Assembly: GCA_963794285.1 (NCBI GenBank) | Contig: CAWCDS010000001.1 | Span: 235,088 to 299,087 of the forward strand | Direction: 5' to 3' | Length of the DNA: 64,000 nucleotides | Source of the DNA: an uncultured Solirubrobacterales bacterium | GTDB lineage: Bacteria; Actinomycetota; Thermoleophilia; Solirubrobacterales; Solirubrobacteraceae | Shown here: positions 10,911 through 21,552 of the stretch, one piece after another | How positions within the stretch are numbered: the first letter of the stretch is position 1 | Layout of the letters: the number at the start of each line of letters is the position of its first letter | Position numbers and translations under genes: made by a program | Notes under the pieces: model-generated | What the model saw: only the letters and a program-made list of their open reading frames with translations | The model's database searches: none | What the model was told of the DNA's origin: nothing

Positions 10911-12028
10911 ACCACCGGGGCACGCGCTCGCGTAACGAGCGCAACCAGCTCAGCGGCAACGTGTTGCCGATCTGACTGCCGCTGATTCTGGTGCCGGAGC
11001 TCGCATGTTGACGTTCCTAGATAAGGGCCGAACGCAAGTCGCGACGCTACAGACCTTGGAGTAACAGAGCGTCATCAAAGCATTTGCGCCCTTGCCCACT
11101 CGTCGCATGAGGAGGGGACACGCGCTTTGGATGATCCGTCGGCAAGCCAGCCATGACCAGCGGCTACCGCACGCTGCGCAGAGGTGGCACGGAGTGGTGC
11201 TTCTGCTGGCGGTCCCTAACGCTAACGAGATCCGGTGCGAGCGATCGCCCGCCGCGACCTGCGGCAAGGGGTTGGCCCCCCACCGGAATCGTTTCCGCAC
11301 GGGGGGCCGGTGCGCGTCGCAGGGGCGCAGCGAAACGCACGAGCCGTCGGGTCAAATGGTCCCGACGCAGCCCCATGATCCTTCGAAGCCGCCGCCGCGG
11401 CAATCGTGGCGACTACGCAATCGAATCCGCGGTTCTCAGCGCAGCTGCGCGCCCACGTCGCCCTCAGATGGATGATCGGCGTAACGGTCTACGTCGTCAT
11501 CGCGACCGATCTTCGGGATTTCGTCCCTGGTCTCCCCGACAGCCCAAGCCGACGTAGTGCGCATCACTTTGGCATGGCGCTTGGTGAAGCGGCGATCACC
11601 GCAATCGTCATGTCGTTCATTGATCCGGTTCGACATGCGCCGCAGGTGATGCCGACTACCGACCGGCCACGTGCCCGCACACACGCCCGCACTCACCGCC
11701 AGGTTGGTGGCGAGCCGGCCCGACGGGTCCGGTGTCGGCGCGCGAGATCAGACGGTCAACTCGTACCCGCGCGCACAAGGGAGCAGGAACATCAGCAGGG
11801 CCTGAACCGTGAGACTCGCCGGTCGAGCTCGACTGCCAGCTGGGGCCCCTGGTCGCGGTTCAGACGAGGCATCGTCCGAAACACGATCGGTGAGCGCACG
11901 GCCCGCAAGGCGACGAGGGCGTCCGCTGCCGGCCGAGGATCCCGTGCGCAGACCAACCCTGAGCGACACGTCTCGGGCGGCATAACGGCTCCGATATCGC
12001 GATCGTGGATCACTGCCGCGCCGGGCAA

Positions 12029-12193
12029 GTGACCGCCGTGATCCGCGCGCTGCTGGCCGACGACCAAGCGCTGGTGCGCGCCGGGTTCCGCGCGCTCTTG
12101 GACGCGCAGGACGGGATCGAAGTGATTGTCTCGGCGATGCTCGCCGGGGAGCGGATGCCCCGATCGCGCGCCCGTCGGGCCTCTGCCCGATGA
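12029..12193 (+). pseudogene. NarL-type response regulator N-terminal fragment
   Basis: IRALLADDQALVRAGFRALLDAQDGIEVI then loss of homology. Confidence 0.75.
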
Positions 12194-12447
12194 AACGGAG
12201 CGTCAGCTTGTTGCCGCTTCGCACAAGGCGAAACGAGTTTGGATCGGGTCTCGGTGGGTGGACGAGGGGATCGGCGGCTCCGGCGTGTGCATGGAACTAC
12301 GGATCTCGTTTGCATGTTCGGCCGGATGCATGCGGGGTGGTTGGCGCCTATCGTCAAGCCACGAGTCTTACTGGGTCGGCGGTTTTGGCCGTCCAGGGGG
12401 TTACGTGAGCGTGACCTGAGATCACGGCTCACTGAAAGGAGCTGGTC

Positions 12448-14109
12448 ATGCGTCGCAACCTCACACCTGGGCGGCGGATGATGATCGTCGCGCTCACGGC
12501 AGCACTGAGCCTGCTGCTGGCGGTTAGCGCGCTCGCCGCGCAGCCGACGGTGGAGAAGACGTTCAACGGGTCCAGTGCTACGACCTCGGCGGCGGTCTCC
12601 GCCCGGATCGCGGCGATCAGCGGGAAGCTGACCAAGCCGGGCTACACGGTGATCGCGCTGGCGGCGAACGGCAAGTTGACGTCGGTGCGCGCGGGGCGAG
12701 GTGCGTTCACGCTGCGCCCGCTGTCCACGGCCGTGACGTTGCAGCTGAGAGCCCCCAATGGCGTGTACGGCGGTCCGATCGTGGTCGCGGTCGAGCAACG
12801 CGGTAAGCGCGCGATCATGGGCGTCCGGGCCGGGGTGAAGCTGGGCACGATCAACGTCAACGCTCGCAAGGGGTACGCGACGGTCACACGCGCGCCGGCG
12901 TCGCAGTGGGTTGATGTGACGCGGTGGGCGCAGGCGAAGAACGGCATTCCGATCGGGGCCGGACGGTTCGGGCTCGTGCGCTCGACGCTCCCGCGACACT
13001 CGCCGGCCGGCGATCTCGACGCGGACGGGATCCCCGACGTGCTCGACATCGATGTGAACGGCAACCTGATCCTCAACAACGTCGATCGCGCGAAGGTCGC
13101 ACGCAGCGCGCAGGCCGCCGTGGACGTCGGGCCGGTCGCTGTCAAGTCCTTTCTGTCGCTGGACCCGTTTGCGACGGCGAACGCCAACTCTCCCGCGTTG
13201 GCCGTCAACATCCCGACCGCGTGGTCAAGCGGCTCTGGGTTGCTGTTCGTCGCGATCATGGCGGGCGACGTCGTCGAGCTGGACTGCGGCGGGTTGATCT
13301 ACTGCTCCCGCGGGGGAACCGGGACAATCAACCTGCCCGGCGACCAGCACCTGCCGTTCCCGGCGTGCTGCGACCCCGACGGCAACGGTCTGGGCAACCT
13401 CACCCCCACGCCTCCTGGCGGATCGCCGTTGAAGTTGAGGCCAAACACCACACAGATCGGCACAGGCGACGTCCTGATCGAGCGCGCGGGCACGAACGGC
13501 GTCCAGAGCCAGGACGCGCTCGAGATCCAATACGTGTTCGCGACCGTTCCCGCGCTGGTCTCCTACGACGACGGCCAAGGCGACTCGGTGACGGTCCCGT
13601 ACCCGATCCAGGCGCCGGGGTCCGACGGCAGCCCCGGCGGGCCGGGCAGCACCGGCAACGGGCTGCCGGTCAAGGCCGGCCCGAACGGGGATGTGGTTCT
13701 GAGACTGACGTTCTGGCGGCCGCAGCGCGCGGCGATCCCGCCGGAGTCAGCGCCGTGGATCGACATCGGGCATCTCAACTACGGAGCGGGGATCTCTGAC
13801 ATCGGGCGTGAGTGCCCGCGGAGCACGTTCTCTGACCCGAGCCCAAACCTCGCGGAAGCAACGTCCCCAGACGACCAGTTCGGCGGCGTGTACACCGATC
13901 AGGCGGCCGATCAGCCGGCAAACCCGGCGAACACGCTCAGCTTCACACTCGATTTGACCAAGTGCCTCACCGCGAACGGGCTGTCGTTCAACCCCGGCGA
14001 GAACCACGACTTCAGCATCGAGGCAATGAACTGCGGGTCGACCTGCACGACCGGGTCCAGCAACGGACCGGATGAGGCGACCCAGAGCGTCTCCTTCACA
14101 CGGCAGTAG
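12448..14109 (+). CDS. secreted hypothetical protein with Ca-binding-like DxDxDG motif
   Basis: AAGGAG RBS, signal peptide ending ALA-AQP, GDLDADGIPDVLDIDVNGN, several Cys. Confidence 0.85.
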   Translation: MRRNLTPGRRMMIVALTAALSLLLAVSALAAQPTVEKTFNGSSATTSAAVSARIAAISGKLTKPGYTVIALAANGKLTSVRAGRGAFTLRPLSTAVTLQLRAPNGVYGGPIVVAVEQRGKRAIMGVRAGVKLGTINVNARKGYATVTRAPASQWVDVTRWAQAKNGIPIGAGRFGLVRSTLPRHSPAGDLDADGIPDVLDIDVNGNLILNNVDRAKVARSAQAAVDVGPVAVKSFLSLDPFATANANSPALAVNIPTAWSSGSGLLFVAIMAGDVVELDCGGLIYCSRGGTGTINLPGDQHLPFPACCDPDGNGLGNLTPTPPGGSPLKLRPNTTQIGTGDVLIERAGTNGVQSQDALEIQYVFATVPALVSYDDGQGDSVTVPYPIQAPGSDGSPGGPGSTGNGLPVKAGPNGDVVLRLTFWRPQRAAIPPESAPWIDIGHLNYGAGISDIGRECPRSTFSDPSPNLAEATSPDDQFGGVYTDQAADQPANPANTLSFTLDLTKCLTANGLSFNPGENHDFSIEAMNCGSTCTTGSSNGPDEATQSVSFTRQ

Positions 14110-14142
14110 GACGCGCTTCGCGAACACGAAAAGGAGATAGCC

Positions 14143-14646
14143 ATGAGTCACAAGGCCACACCTCGGATCCTGATCGCCGCACTCGCGGCAGCGCTGAGTC
14201 TGCTGCTGGCGGTCAGCGCGCTCGCCGCGCATCCCAAGGCGGGCAAGCCCTACGCGGGGTTCACCTCGGGGCCGGCGTTCAACGCTTTCAAGCCGCCGGT
14301 CAGCTTCAAGGTCTCCTCCGACGGCAAGCAGCTGCTCGGTTTCAAGTATTCGGCCGGGGACTGCGGCGGGATGGGCGGACCCGGCGACCCGTGGACAAAT
14401 CCCGAATTCGTGAGAAAGGTCGGGACCATCAATGTCGACAGCAAGGGCGACTTCTCGGTCAAGAACGCCACGTCGAAGGCCGTCCTCCAGGGTTCCAATC
14501 CACCCATGACCAAGTACAGCACCACCACCATCACCGGCAGTTTCAAGACCGTGAAGAACGCCACCGGGACGATCAAGCTCAGTGTGAGGGTCGGCTCACA
14601 CAGCTGTCCAAACGAGAAGCTGTCGTTCTCGGCCGGGACGGGCTAG
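14143..14646 (+). CDS. secreted hypothetical protein
   Basis: AAGGAG RBS, signal peptide nearly identical to the upstream gene, beta-rich mature part. Confidence 0.85.
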   Translation: MSHKATPRILIAALAAALSLLLAVSALAAHPKAGKPYAGFTSGPAFNAFKPPVSFKVSSDGKQLLGFKYSAGDCGGMGGPGDPWTNPEFVRKVGTINVDSKGDFSVKNATSKAVLQGSNPPMTKYSTTTITGSFKTVKNATGTIKLSVRVGSHSCPNEKLSFSAGTG

Positions 14647-14936
14647 CGGACGGCGGGGTCGAGCGCCACTGCTCGCCTCGCTGGCGCAATACGGAATTGG
14701 CTGGCGGCACCGACCAGACGACCAGAGGCCGACCCCGGCGCGACGTCGCGGTCCGCCTTCCTTCTGCCACGGGCGTTGTCGAGTTGGGCCGAAGGGGCAG
14801 CCGCGCTTGCGTGACTCGTATAGGCGCCTGGAGCGGTAGCACGCCTACCCTGGTCATGATCCCGGCCGAGCCCCGCTCTTGCTATCGCACAGGCATCTCA
14901 CCGGCCGCGGTCTCGGATTGCGCGGATTGCGCGTCT

Positions 14937-15034
14937 CGTCGCAGAAGTCGATCGACAACCGGACGCGTCACTCGCTGTCGAGGCCTTCCGCGGCCGGCGC
15001 CGCGGGCGTCTCAGTCACTAACGCTCACCGAACC
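14937..15034 (+). repeat. boundary motif pair (period 70)
   Basis: CGTCGCAGAA-GTCGATCGACAACCGGACG and CGTCTCAGTC-ACTAACGCTCACCGAACC. Confidence 0.8.
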
Positions 15035-15308
15035 GCGCAGACTCGAGATGACCAGCCCAACTCAGAGGACCTGTCCCCGAGTGGTGTCCGTATTCGGGTC
15101 ATGGGGACTGTGTTGCCGGTCGGGCGCTCGCCATGCTCCGCGCAGGATGCTTGAGCGCTGTCGCGCTCGGGTTGCCCCGAGCCGTTCGCGCGAAGAGCAG
15201 GTCGGGTTCACCGCGCCACCATCCCGACGTCGAGCCCCAGGACACGTCGGCGCACGCGAAGCCTCACCGGCACACGCTGCTGGCTGGCATGATCCTCGCC
15301 GGGCAGAG

Positions 15309-15878
15309 ATGGCGCACGGGACGGTGAGAGCAACGATGATCGCCGTCGTAAGCTGCGCGCTCTCGGCCTGCGGTGGCAGCCACGCGCACCAGGCCACCCG
15401 AACCCGGACGGTCGGCTCCGGGTCAGCCGTGCACTCCGCGCGCTCGGACGAAGTGCTGTCGCTCTCCGTGCTGGGCACCTTCGAGGGACGATGCCCGCGT
15501 GGTGCGCGGTCCTGGACGATCCGATTCGTCGTACCGGCCGATACAGCGACCGACACTGTGTCCTACCGCGTCGGGACCGGCGTCCGCCGAACGGTCAACG
15601 TCGATCCAGGCAACGCGATCACCCTGCACCTCGTCCCGAGCACGACGAGAACCCACGAGGCGGCCAACCGCTTCGTTCCTCGAATCGGTCAAGGGCGAGG
15701 TCGTGCGACGGCGACCTCGGTGCCCACGACAGCTCCGCTTCAGGCGCTGATCTACCAGGGCACCGAGCCTCAAATCCTCCGGGCTGACGTCCATCTTGCG
15801 CTGACGACACTCGGCGGCGAGAGCGGTCGATGTGTCCTCGTCGGAAGCACTGTCAATGCGTACAGCTATCCGAACTAA
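15309..15878 (+). CDS. lipoprotein, hypothetical
   Basis: Lipobox ALSAC-GG; 3' part of the 14391..15878 ORF. Confidence 0.7.
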   Translation: MAHGTVRATMIAVVSCALSACGGSHAHQATRTRTVGSGSAVHSARSDEVLSLSVLGTFEGRCPRGARSWTIRFVVPADTATDTVSYRVGTGVRRTVNVDPGNAITLHLVPSTTRTHEAANRFVPRIGQGRGRATATSVPTTAPLQALIYQGTEPQILRADVHLALTTLGGESGRCVLVGSTVNAYSYPN

Positions 15879-15934
15879 CCCCGGCAATCGCCCTGCCGGC
15901 GAGACTTCCCGATTCTGGCTTGAGCGTTAGGCCT

Positions 15935-16033
15935 TGGCCGTTTGCCGATCGCTCGGCGGACGGATTCCGGGCGCCACGCGGCCTTTCGAGCGCGACCCCT
16001 TTGGCGTCGTACACGGGAAGGACCAGCGGATCG
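15935..16033 (+). repeat. boundary motif pair
   Basis: GCCGATCGCTCGGCGGACG (15944) and CGTCGTACAC-GGGAAGGACCAGCGGATCG (16005). Confidence 0.7.
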
Positions 16034-16288
16034 AACACGCCGACTCGCTGGATTGGCGCGTTGCGGTCCAAGTTGGCCAGTCGAGTGATGCGCTCCGCTG
16101 TGGCGTCTTGTCGGCGCTTACCCTCCCGCGGGAGGAGCAGCACGACATCGCGACTTACCGGTTGGACGCTTTCCTCTCCCCGTCGTCGGGGCTGGGACCT
16201 GACGTGAGACCTGTTCCGCGCTGGTGGCCTGGACTGCAACGCTGCCGGTGCGGTCACAACTGAAGGCGCGGCTGCGTCTGTACCTACC

Positions 16289-16852
16289 ATGAGCGTCGAA
16301 CTGCACGTCCACGATCGTGATCTGCTGAGACGGACGCGCGCGGGAGATCCGGAAGCGTTCGCGGCCTTCTACCGTGGGCGTCGTCGGGATGTGCTCGCGT
16401 ATCTGCGCGTGAGGGTCACGGACGCCGAGATTGCCGCTGATCTCATGTGCGAGACGTTCGCGAAAGCGCTGGTCGCCGTTCACGATCCGGGTCGAGAGCT
16501 TCCGACGGTCCCGCTCGGCTGGCTGCTTGCGATCGCTCGTAACGAGCTCACCGACTCTGTGCGCAGAGGGCGCGTGGCGGACGACACCAGGCGCCGGCTC
16601 GCGATCGAGCCGATTGAACTGACCGACCGGGACCTCGCGGCGATCGATGACGCGGCAGCTGACGCCGACATGCTCGCGCACCTCCAGCGGGTGCTGCCGG
16701 CCGACCAGTTGCGCGCGCTCATGGCGCGGGTGATCGACGGACAGGAATATGCGGAGATCGCGCGCGAGCTTCAGACATCGGAGAGCGTCGTGCGCAAACG
16801 GGTCAGCCGCGCTCTCTCACACCTGCGATCGATCCGAGAGGAGGCATCATGA
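16289..16852 (+). CDS. ECF RNA polymerase sigma-70 factor
   Basis: GDPEAFAAFY...AADLMCETF...WLLAIARN (region 2); EYAEIARELQTSESVVRKRVSRAL (region 4). Confidence 0.93.
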   Translation: MSVELHVHDRDLLRRTRAGDPEAFAAFYRGRRRDVLAYLRVRVTDAEIAADLMCETFAKALVAVHDPGRELPTVPLGWLLAIARNELTDSVRRGRVADDTRRRLAIEPIELTDRDLAAIDDAAADADMLAHLQRVLPADQLRALMARVIDGQEYAEIARELQTSESVVRKRVSRALSHLRSIREEAS

Positions 16853-18018
16853 GCTCCGCACTGGATGAGTTCGAGCGGTCGCTAATCGCAGCAAGCCGCG
16901 CGCTTCACGCCGAGCAGACCGCGCTCAGGCAGCCTCAAACCACTCCAGCCGACCCCCAGCGGCAAAACCGGCGGCTCATGAGAAGACTCTTGCAGCGGCG
17001 GCTCCTTGTTTCTTTTGCCGCGTTGGTGATCGCAGCAGGAGGCGTTGCCGCCGCCAGCTCGCTGCTGTTCCCGTCCCAGCGGCTGGCGAACGGAACGGTC
17101 AACTGCTTCATGGCAACCCACGGAACCGGCGCCCTCGACCTGCGCACTCTCGCCGTCGGCGGCGCGAGGCCCAACGGTCAGCCCCCGATCAATCTCTGCC
17201 GCAGGTGGTACCGGCTCAACCACCATCGGCTCAACGGATCCAGGACTGGGCCCGCCGTCGCCACGCTCCCGTTGATCGCCTGCCAGGAGAACGCCACCAC
17301 CGTCGGCGTCTACGTCGCCACCGGCCAGCCCGACCAATGCCGCCAGCTCGGCGAGCAGCCGCTGCCCACAACCTACGCTGCAGCCGCCGCGCGTCTGCGC
17401 GAGCTCCAACAATCTCTCCGCGCAATCGAGAGCCAGCACGACTGCTCGCCTCCCTCGATCCTCGCCCGTAAAGCGCGAGCTCTCCTGGCCAGCCAAGGAT
17501 TCACGAGCTGGCGCGTGATCACCCCGCCGCCAGACCCCGGCAACAGCTGGGTCTTCGGCTACCCGCTGCCGGCCGGCACCGGCGGAACGTGCGGCACACT
17601 GCTCATCCCAGGAAACCCGCCAAGCACCGCAGCGCCCGTCGACATCGACACCCGCCGGCAAACCGTGACCGTGAGCATCAGGCCGCCCCGATCGGTCGGA
17701 GTCAACCTCAACCACATCTACTACGAGCTCTACAGTAACACCTACCGCCATTGCTTCACAGCCCTCACCGCCCGGCAACTCGTCCGACGCGCATTCTCAA
17801 GCACCCCAATGCGACCGCGCTTCGCCACAGTCGCGCGACAGCAAGGCACCCATTACGAACCCAACTCCGAGCGCCTCTACAACGACGGGTGCGTCAGATT
17901 CGAGACCGGGATCCCCGGCGACAACAACCGATTCATCGACATCCTGCTCGAAGCACGCGGCGCGCCAGAACTACCGGCCGGCAAGGTGTTCCCGCCCGCA
18001 GGGTCCTTCCACCCCTGA
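16849..18018 (+). CDS. putative anti-sigma factor, single TM with Cys-rich extracytoplasmic domain
   Basis: ATGA overlap with the ECF gene; LDEFERSL N-terminus, TM helix. Confidence 0.8.
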   Translation: MSSALDEFERSLIAASRALHAEQTALRQPQTTPADPQRQNRRLMRRLLQRRLLVSFAALVIAAGGVAAASSLLFPSQRLANGTVNCFMATHGTGALDLRTLAVGGARPNGQPPINLCRRWYRLNHHRLNGSRTGPAVATLPLIACQENATTVGVYVATGQPDQCRQLGEQPLPTTYAAAAARLRELQQSLRAIESQHDCSPPSILARKARALLASQGFTSWRVITPPPDPGNSWVFGYPLPAGTGGTCGTLLIPGNPPSTAAPVDIDTRRQTVTVSIRPPRSVGVNLNHIYYELYSNTYRHCFTALTARQLVRRAFSSTPMRPRFATVARQQGTHYEPNSERLYNDGCVRFETGIPGDNNRFIDILLEARGAPELPAGKVFPPAGSFHP

Positions 18019-18038
18019 ACACACAGGCACGAGTTGCA

Positions 18039-18210
18039 CGTTCCAAATGAGCCGCTCACCGGCGGCGAGTCGGTTTCGCTCGGGAAGCCTCCCTCTGGGT
18101 CCGCACGGTGCGTCCGATAGCCGATCGATCAGCGGACGGTTCTAAGCGTCCTCTATCGACGTTCCTTGCGGGCACCGGCCGCGTCGCACAACGGGAACGC
18201 TCAGCGAACT
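18039..18210 (+). repeat. boundary motif triple (periods 72, 71)
   Basis: Copies at 18039 (degenerate), 18111 CGTCCGATA-GCCGATCGATCAGCGGACG and 18182 CGTCGCACAA-CGGGAACGCTCAGCGAACT. Confidence 0.85.
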
Positions 18211-18699
18211 TGACTGCACGGCAGCGGACTGGGCGGAGTGCTGCCCCTGATCACGGCAGTAGCGGCGTCAGCCCCCGGGCGCTCCGCGGACGTCCTTTAC
18301 GTCGCTTGAATCCCCTCACGTAGCCTGATCTCCGTGGACAGTCACCGGTGGACGACGGTCGCCCGGGTTGCCTGCGTTCTCATTCCGGCGGGAGCGCTCC
18401 TGGACATTGCAGGCTGGAAGCCCGGGGTATTCGTTTGCGCCGGGGCTTGCTTTGTGCTTCTCCTCAGCCTGAACGAGGCCTAGTCGCCGACGCGCGGACT
18501 CGCTCCGTACGGCGTGGCTGGTCCCGCTCGATGATCGCGAAGCTTTGGGCCGCGCCAGCACGTCGCTTCCGGTCGAGGGGGCAAGAAGCCCTCGACGCTG
18601 AGTCACTTGCAAGGGCGAGAGCGCGGCGGGGAGCCGGCGGCTCATCGAGCCCACCGCCGTCGCTGTTGCCAACGACCATCGAACGTCGTCTCGTGGCTA

Positions 18700-18960
18700 G
18701 CCGAGCCGGTGCTCCTGGCGTTGAGGGCAGCAGGCACATCAGCCCCGACACGCTGCGCGAGAGGCTAAACCGCTCCGGGATCGAGCGAAGCCCAGTGGGC
18801 CGACACGCGGCACTGCTTGGGCTCGCGGCGAGGCTTCCAGCCCCGATCCTCGCGGAGCGGGTCGGGGTCCACCAAGCGCGGGCGGCGCAGTGCGTGCGCA
18901 TCGCCGGCTGCGCGTACGCCGACGATGTCGCGGCCCGCCAGGTGCCCCCAAAGTCCGGCG
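18700..18960 (+). pseudogene. C-terminal fragment of an actinobacterial tyrosine-recombinase-like protein
   Basis: HISPDTLRERL..GI....GRHAALLGLAARLPAPILAERVGVHQARAAQ..RIAG.AYAD.VAAR. Confidence 0.55.
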
Positions 18961-19164
18961 TCCTCCGGCAGCTCAAGCCGCGCGAACCGGTGTCGATTGA
19001 CTCATTAAGCAATTGTCGTTGACGGCTTGTTGCGCACAGCCGGCGTCACCGGTCTGGGCGCGGCGCCGAGCCGTTCAGATGCGCCCCGTAAACCCGGAGC
19101 GCCCGGCACGCGATGGCCGGACGGTACGGGCTGTTCAAGCGGTAGACCGAGGCTTGGCCCGCCC

Positions 19165-20217
19165 TCAGCGCTTCGGAGCGCTGTTGAAGATCTCGCCGGC
19201 GCGGCGCAGATGCTCGCGACCGCTGCTTATGACCGCGATCGCCTTGCTGAGCTGGTAGTCGTCGTCCTTCGCCTTGGCCAGACGCTGTTCGGCCTCGTCG
19301 TGCGCATCCAGGGCCTGCGCGTACTCAGCATTGCCGCCGGGGTCGGCGCCCGGCATCGAGGTGTCAATGTCGAGGGCCTCGATCTCCTCGCCGAGCTTGA
19401 CGAAGTCCGCCTGCGCCTGCTCGAACGTATCGGCGCGCTCTTCGTGTCGCCAGCGCGCGCGTTTCGCGGAGGCGCGGGCGCTGGAGAGGCCCCTGGTCGC
19501 GTAGTACGCCACCACGGCACCCACCAGTAGCGCGAAGAGCACCAGCCCGATGATCAACCCGACGTTCGAGCTTCGTGACCCGGAGCCACCGGATGGGCTC
19601 GTCGCAGTCGATAAGGACGGCCCCGAAGAGACGCCCGGCGATGGCCCGGAGCCAGGCGCCGCAGGCGAGCCACCTGAACGTGAGAGGCCGTTGCGACCCG
19701 GATGGCCCGCCACGGCGTCCCCCTTCGCCATCGCGGGGATGCCGAGCTTCAGGGCCTCTTGGACAGTGCCGGCGATCCCGAGCGCGTCCTCGAATCGCGA
19801 TGCCGCCAGGTCGGGGGCCTCCCATGAGTCTGCCGCCACGTTGTACGCGCCTCCCCCCGGAGCCTGCGTGAGCACGATCAGCGCGCCGCTGTAGTGGACG
19901 GCCTGCTGCAGCGCCGTCGCGATGTCGTCAACCCCAGCCGAGGTCTGACCGCCGAGCGCCACGACGAAGATCCGACCCGGATCGGTCCTAGCGATCTGAC
20001 CGCGCACTGCGTCAGCCTGCGCGTGGGTCAACGCCGGTGGTGACCCCTGGACCACCACCGAGTCGTGCTGGAGCGATGCGACGAGTGCGTCGATGTCGAC
20101 GCCTGCGACTGTCGCCGCGCTCGCCGACAGCGCGACCGCGCCGAGCAATGCGGCCACGAACCCGCAAATGCCAACCCGACGAACCCAACTGACCGGCGGA
20201 CCATCCACAACCCGCAT
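19165..20217 (-). CDS. membrane protein with TPM-like extracellular domain
   Basis: Signal/TM segment, Ser/Gly linker, second TM, C-terminal FVKLGEEIEALD..YAQALDAHD helical domain. Confidence 0.75.
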   Translation of the reverse strand: MRVVDGPPVSWVRRVGICGFVAALLGAVALSASAATVAGVDIDALVASLQHDSVVVQGSPPALTHAQADAVRGQIARTDPGRIFVVALGGQTSAGVDDIATALQQAVHYSGALIVLTQAPGGGAYNVAADSWEAPDLAASRFEDALGIAGTVQEALKLGIPAMAKGDAVAGHPGRNGLSRSGGSPAAPGSGPSPGVSSGPSLSTATSPSGGSGSRSSNVGLIIGLVLFALLVGAVVAYYATRGLSSARASAKRARWRHEERADTFEQAQADFVKLGEEIEALDIDTSMPGADPGGNAEYAQALDAHDEAEQRLAKAKDDDYQLSKAIAVISSGREHLRRAGEIFNSAPKR

Positions 20218-20660
20218 TATCGCCACAAGCACGAGCGCCTCCCTAGCATCCTCAGCCTCGCGATCGGCCGGCTCTGAGGGTTGAGCAGCGGGAGCAGACC
20301 GCGATGCGCGTCCCGGGGCCTCGTTCCTCAGCCACCAGGCGCAGCGCCCAGACTGTCCCGCGCGACGGGCCACTCCGCTGAAAAGCCTGGCACGTCGGTC
20401 TGACGGCTCCTTTCGTCTCCGGACGTCGTCGCCGCGCGCTTTCCCTTCGGCGACGACGTTGCGATGGCCAGATCCGGCCCGGCTGCCGTGGCAACAGACG
20501 ATCGCTCCCGGCCGGCCGCGCGCGCCGCGTCGGCTCGCCGGCGGGGCTCGAGTGCTTCACCCTGACCGCGATCGCGCCGTGTCCGGGCTCCCCTGGGACA
20601 GCACGACCTCGTCGGGCCCAGGGGGACCGTCAGTCTCCCAACGGCAGGCATCTCGGGCCG

Positions 20661-20759
20661 CGTCGTAGACGCCGATGGTCCAGCGCACGGTCGCGAGCGT
20701 CGTCTGATGCCGTCCCTTGATGGCGTCGCCGCGTCGCACAGGGGAACGTTGACCGCCCA
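20661..20759 (+). repeat. boundary motif pair (period 71)
   Basis: CGTCGTAGAC-GCCGATGGTCCAGCGCACG and CGTCGCACAG-GGGAACGTTGACCGCCCA. Confidence 0.85.
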
Positions 20760-20786
20760 ACACCGTGACTTCTTAGAATGGCGGCG

Positions 20787-21146
20787 ATGTCCGCCGAGGA
20801 GATCGACGATTACCTACAAGGCGTCGAGGAGCCGAAGAGGAGCACGCTTCAGGCGCTGCGCCGTACGATCCTCGAGGTCATTCCAGACGCAGAACAGGGG
20901 ATCTCGTACGGCATGCCGGCGTTCCGTTCACAGGGCAAGACCGTCGCCGGTTTCGCCGCGTTCAAGGACCACCTCAGTTACCTGCCGCACAGCGGGACGG
21001 TCCTCGGGCAGCTTGCCGGCGACTTAGCCGGCTACACGATGACCAAAGGCTCGCTGCACTTCCCGATCGATCGGCCCCTGCCGAAGGCGGTCGTGAAGAA
21101 GCTCATTGCCGCGCGCCTCGGCGAGGCTGGCCGACGCTCGCGCTGA
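20787..21146 (+). CDS. DUF1801/YdhG-like protein
   Basis: IDDYL...LRRTILEVIPDAEQGISYGMPAF...GFAAFKDHLSYLP...TKGSLHFP. Confidence 0.9.
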   Translation: MSAEEIDDYLQGVEEPKRSTLQALRRTILEVIPDAEQGISYGMPAFRSQGKTVAGFAAFKDHLSYLPHSGTVLGQLAGDLAGYTMTKGSLHFPIDRPLPKAVVKKLIAARLGEAGRRSR

Positions 21147-21552
21147 GACCTCTGGACCTCCTCCGGCTTTCGTGCTAGCCGAGCTGGAATCGTTCTCTGG
21201 TGTCACGCAACGACAGCCGGCCTCCGGCAGCGCGACCGGCTTGCCGGCGGCGGCGAACGTCCGCACCACCGACCATCAGAAACGAGTACTTAGCCTTAGC
21301 CTTAGCGCCGCGCGACCGTTGACTGAGACGACGTGCCGGCGACGGGCCCCGAGCGCCAGCGGCGGTCGGCATCTCACCTGGGAACCCCTTGCGCACGGGA
21401 ACGAGAGACGCGGTTCCGGGCGAGAGGCAGGGAAGCCCGAGGGCGCGGACCAAGACTCGCTTTCATTTCTGCGCGGGTATCACAACGGTAGTGCCTGGCT
21501 GGTTGTCGGGAACCGACAGCCTCACCGCCGGCGGCACTAGTCCGACGCGCTT

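Noticed and set aside
14391-15308. N-terminal part of the 495-aa ORF
   Set aside because: It overlaps another gene and crosses boundary motifs; the lipobox indicates a start near 15309.
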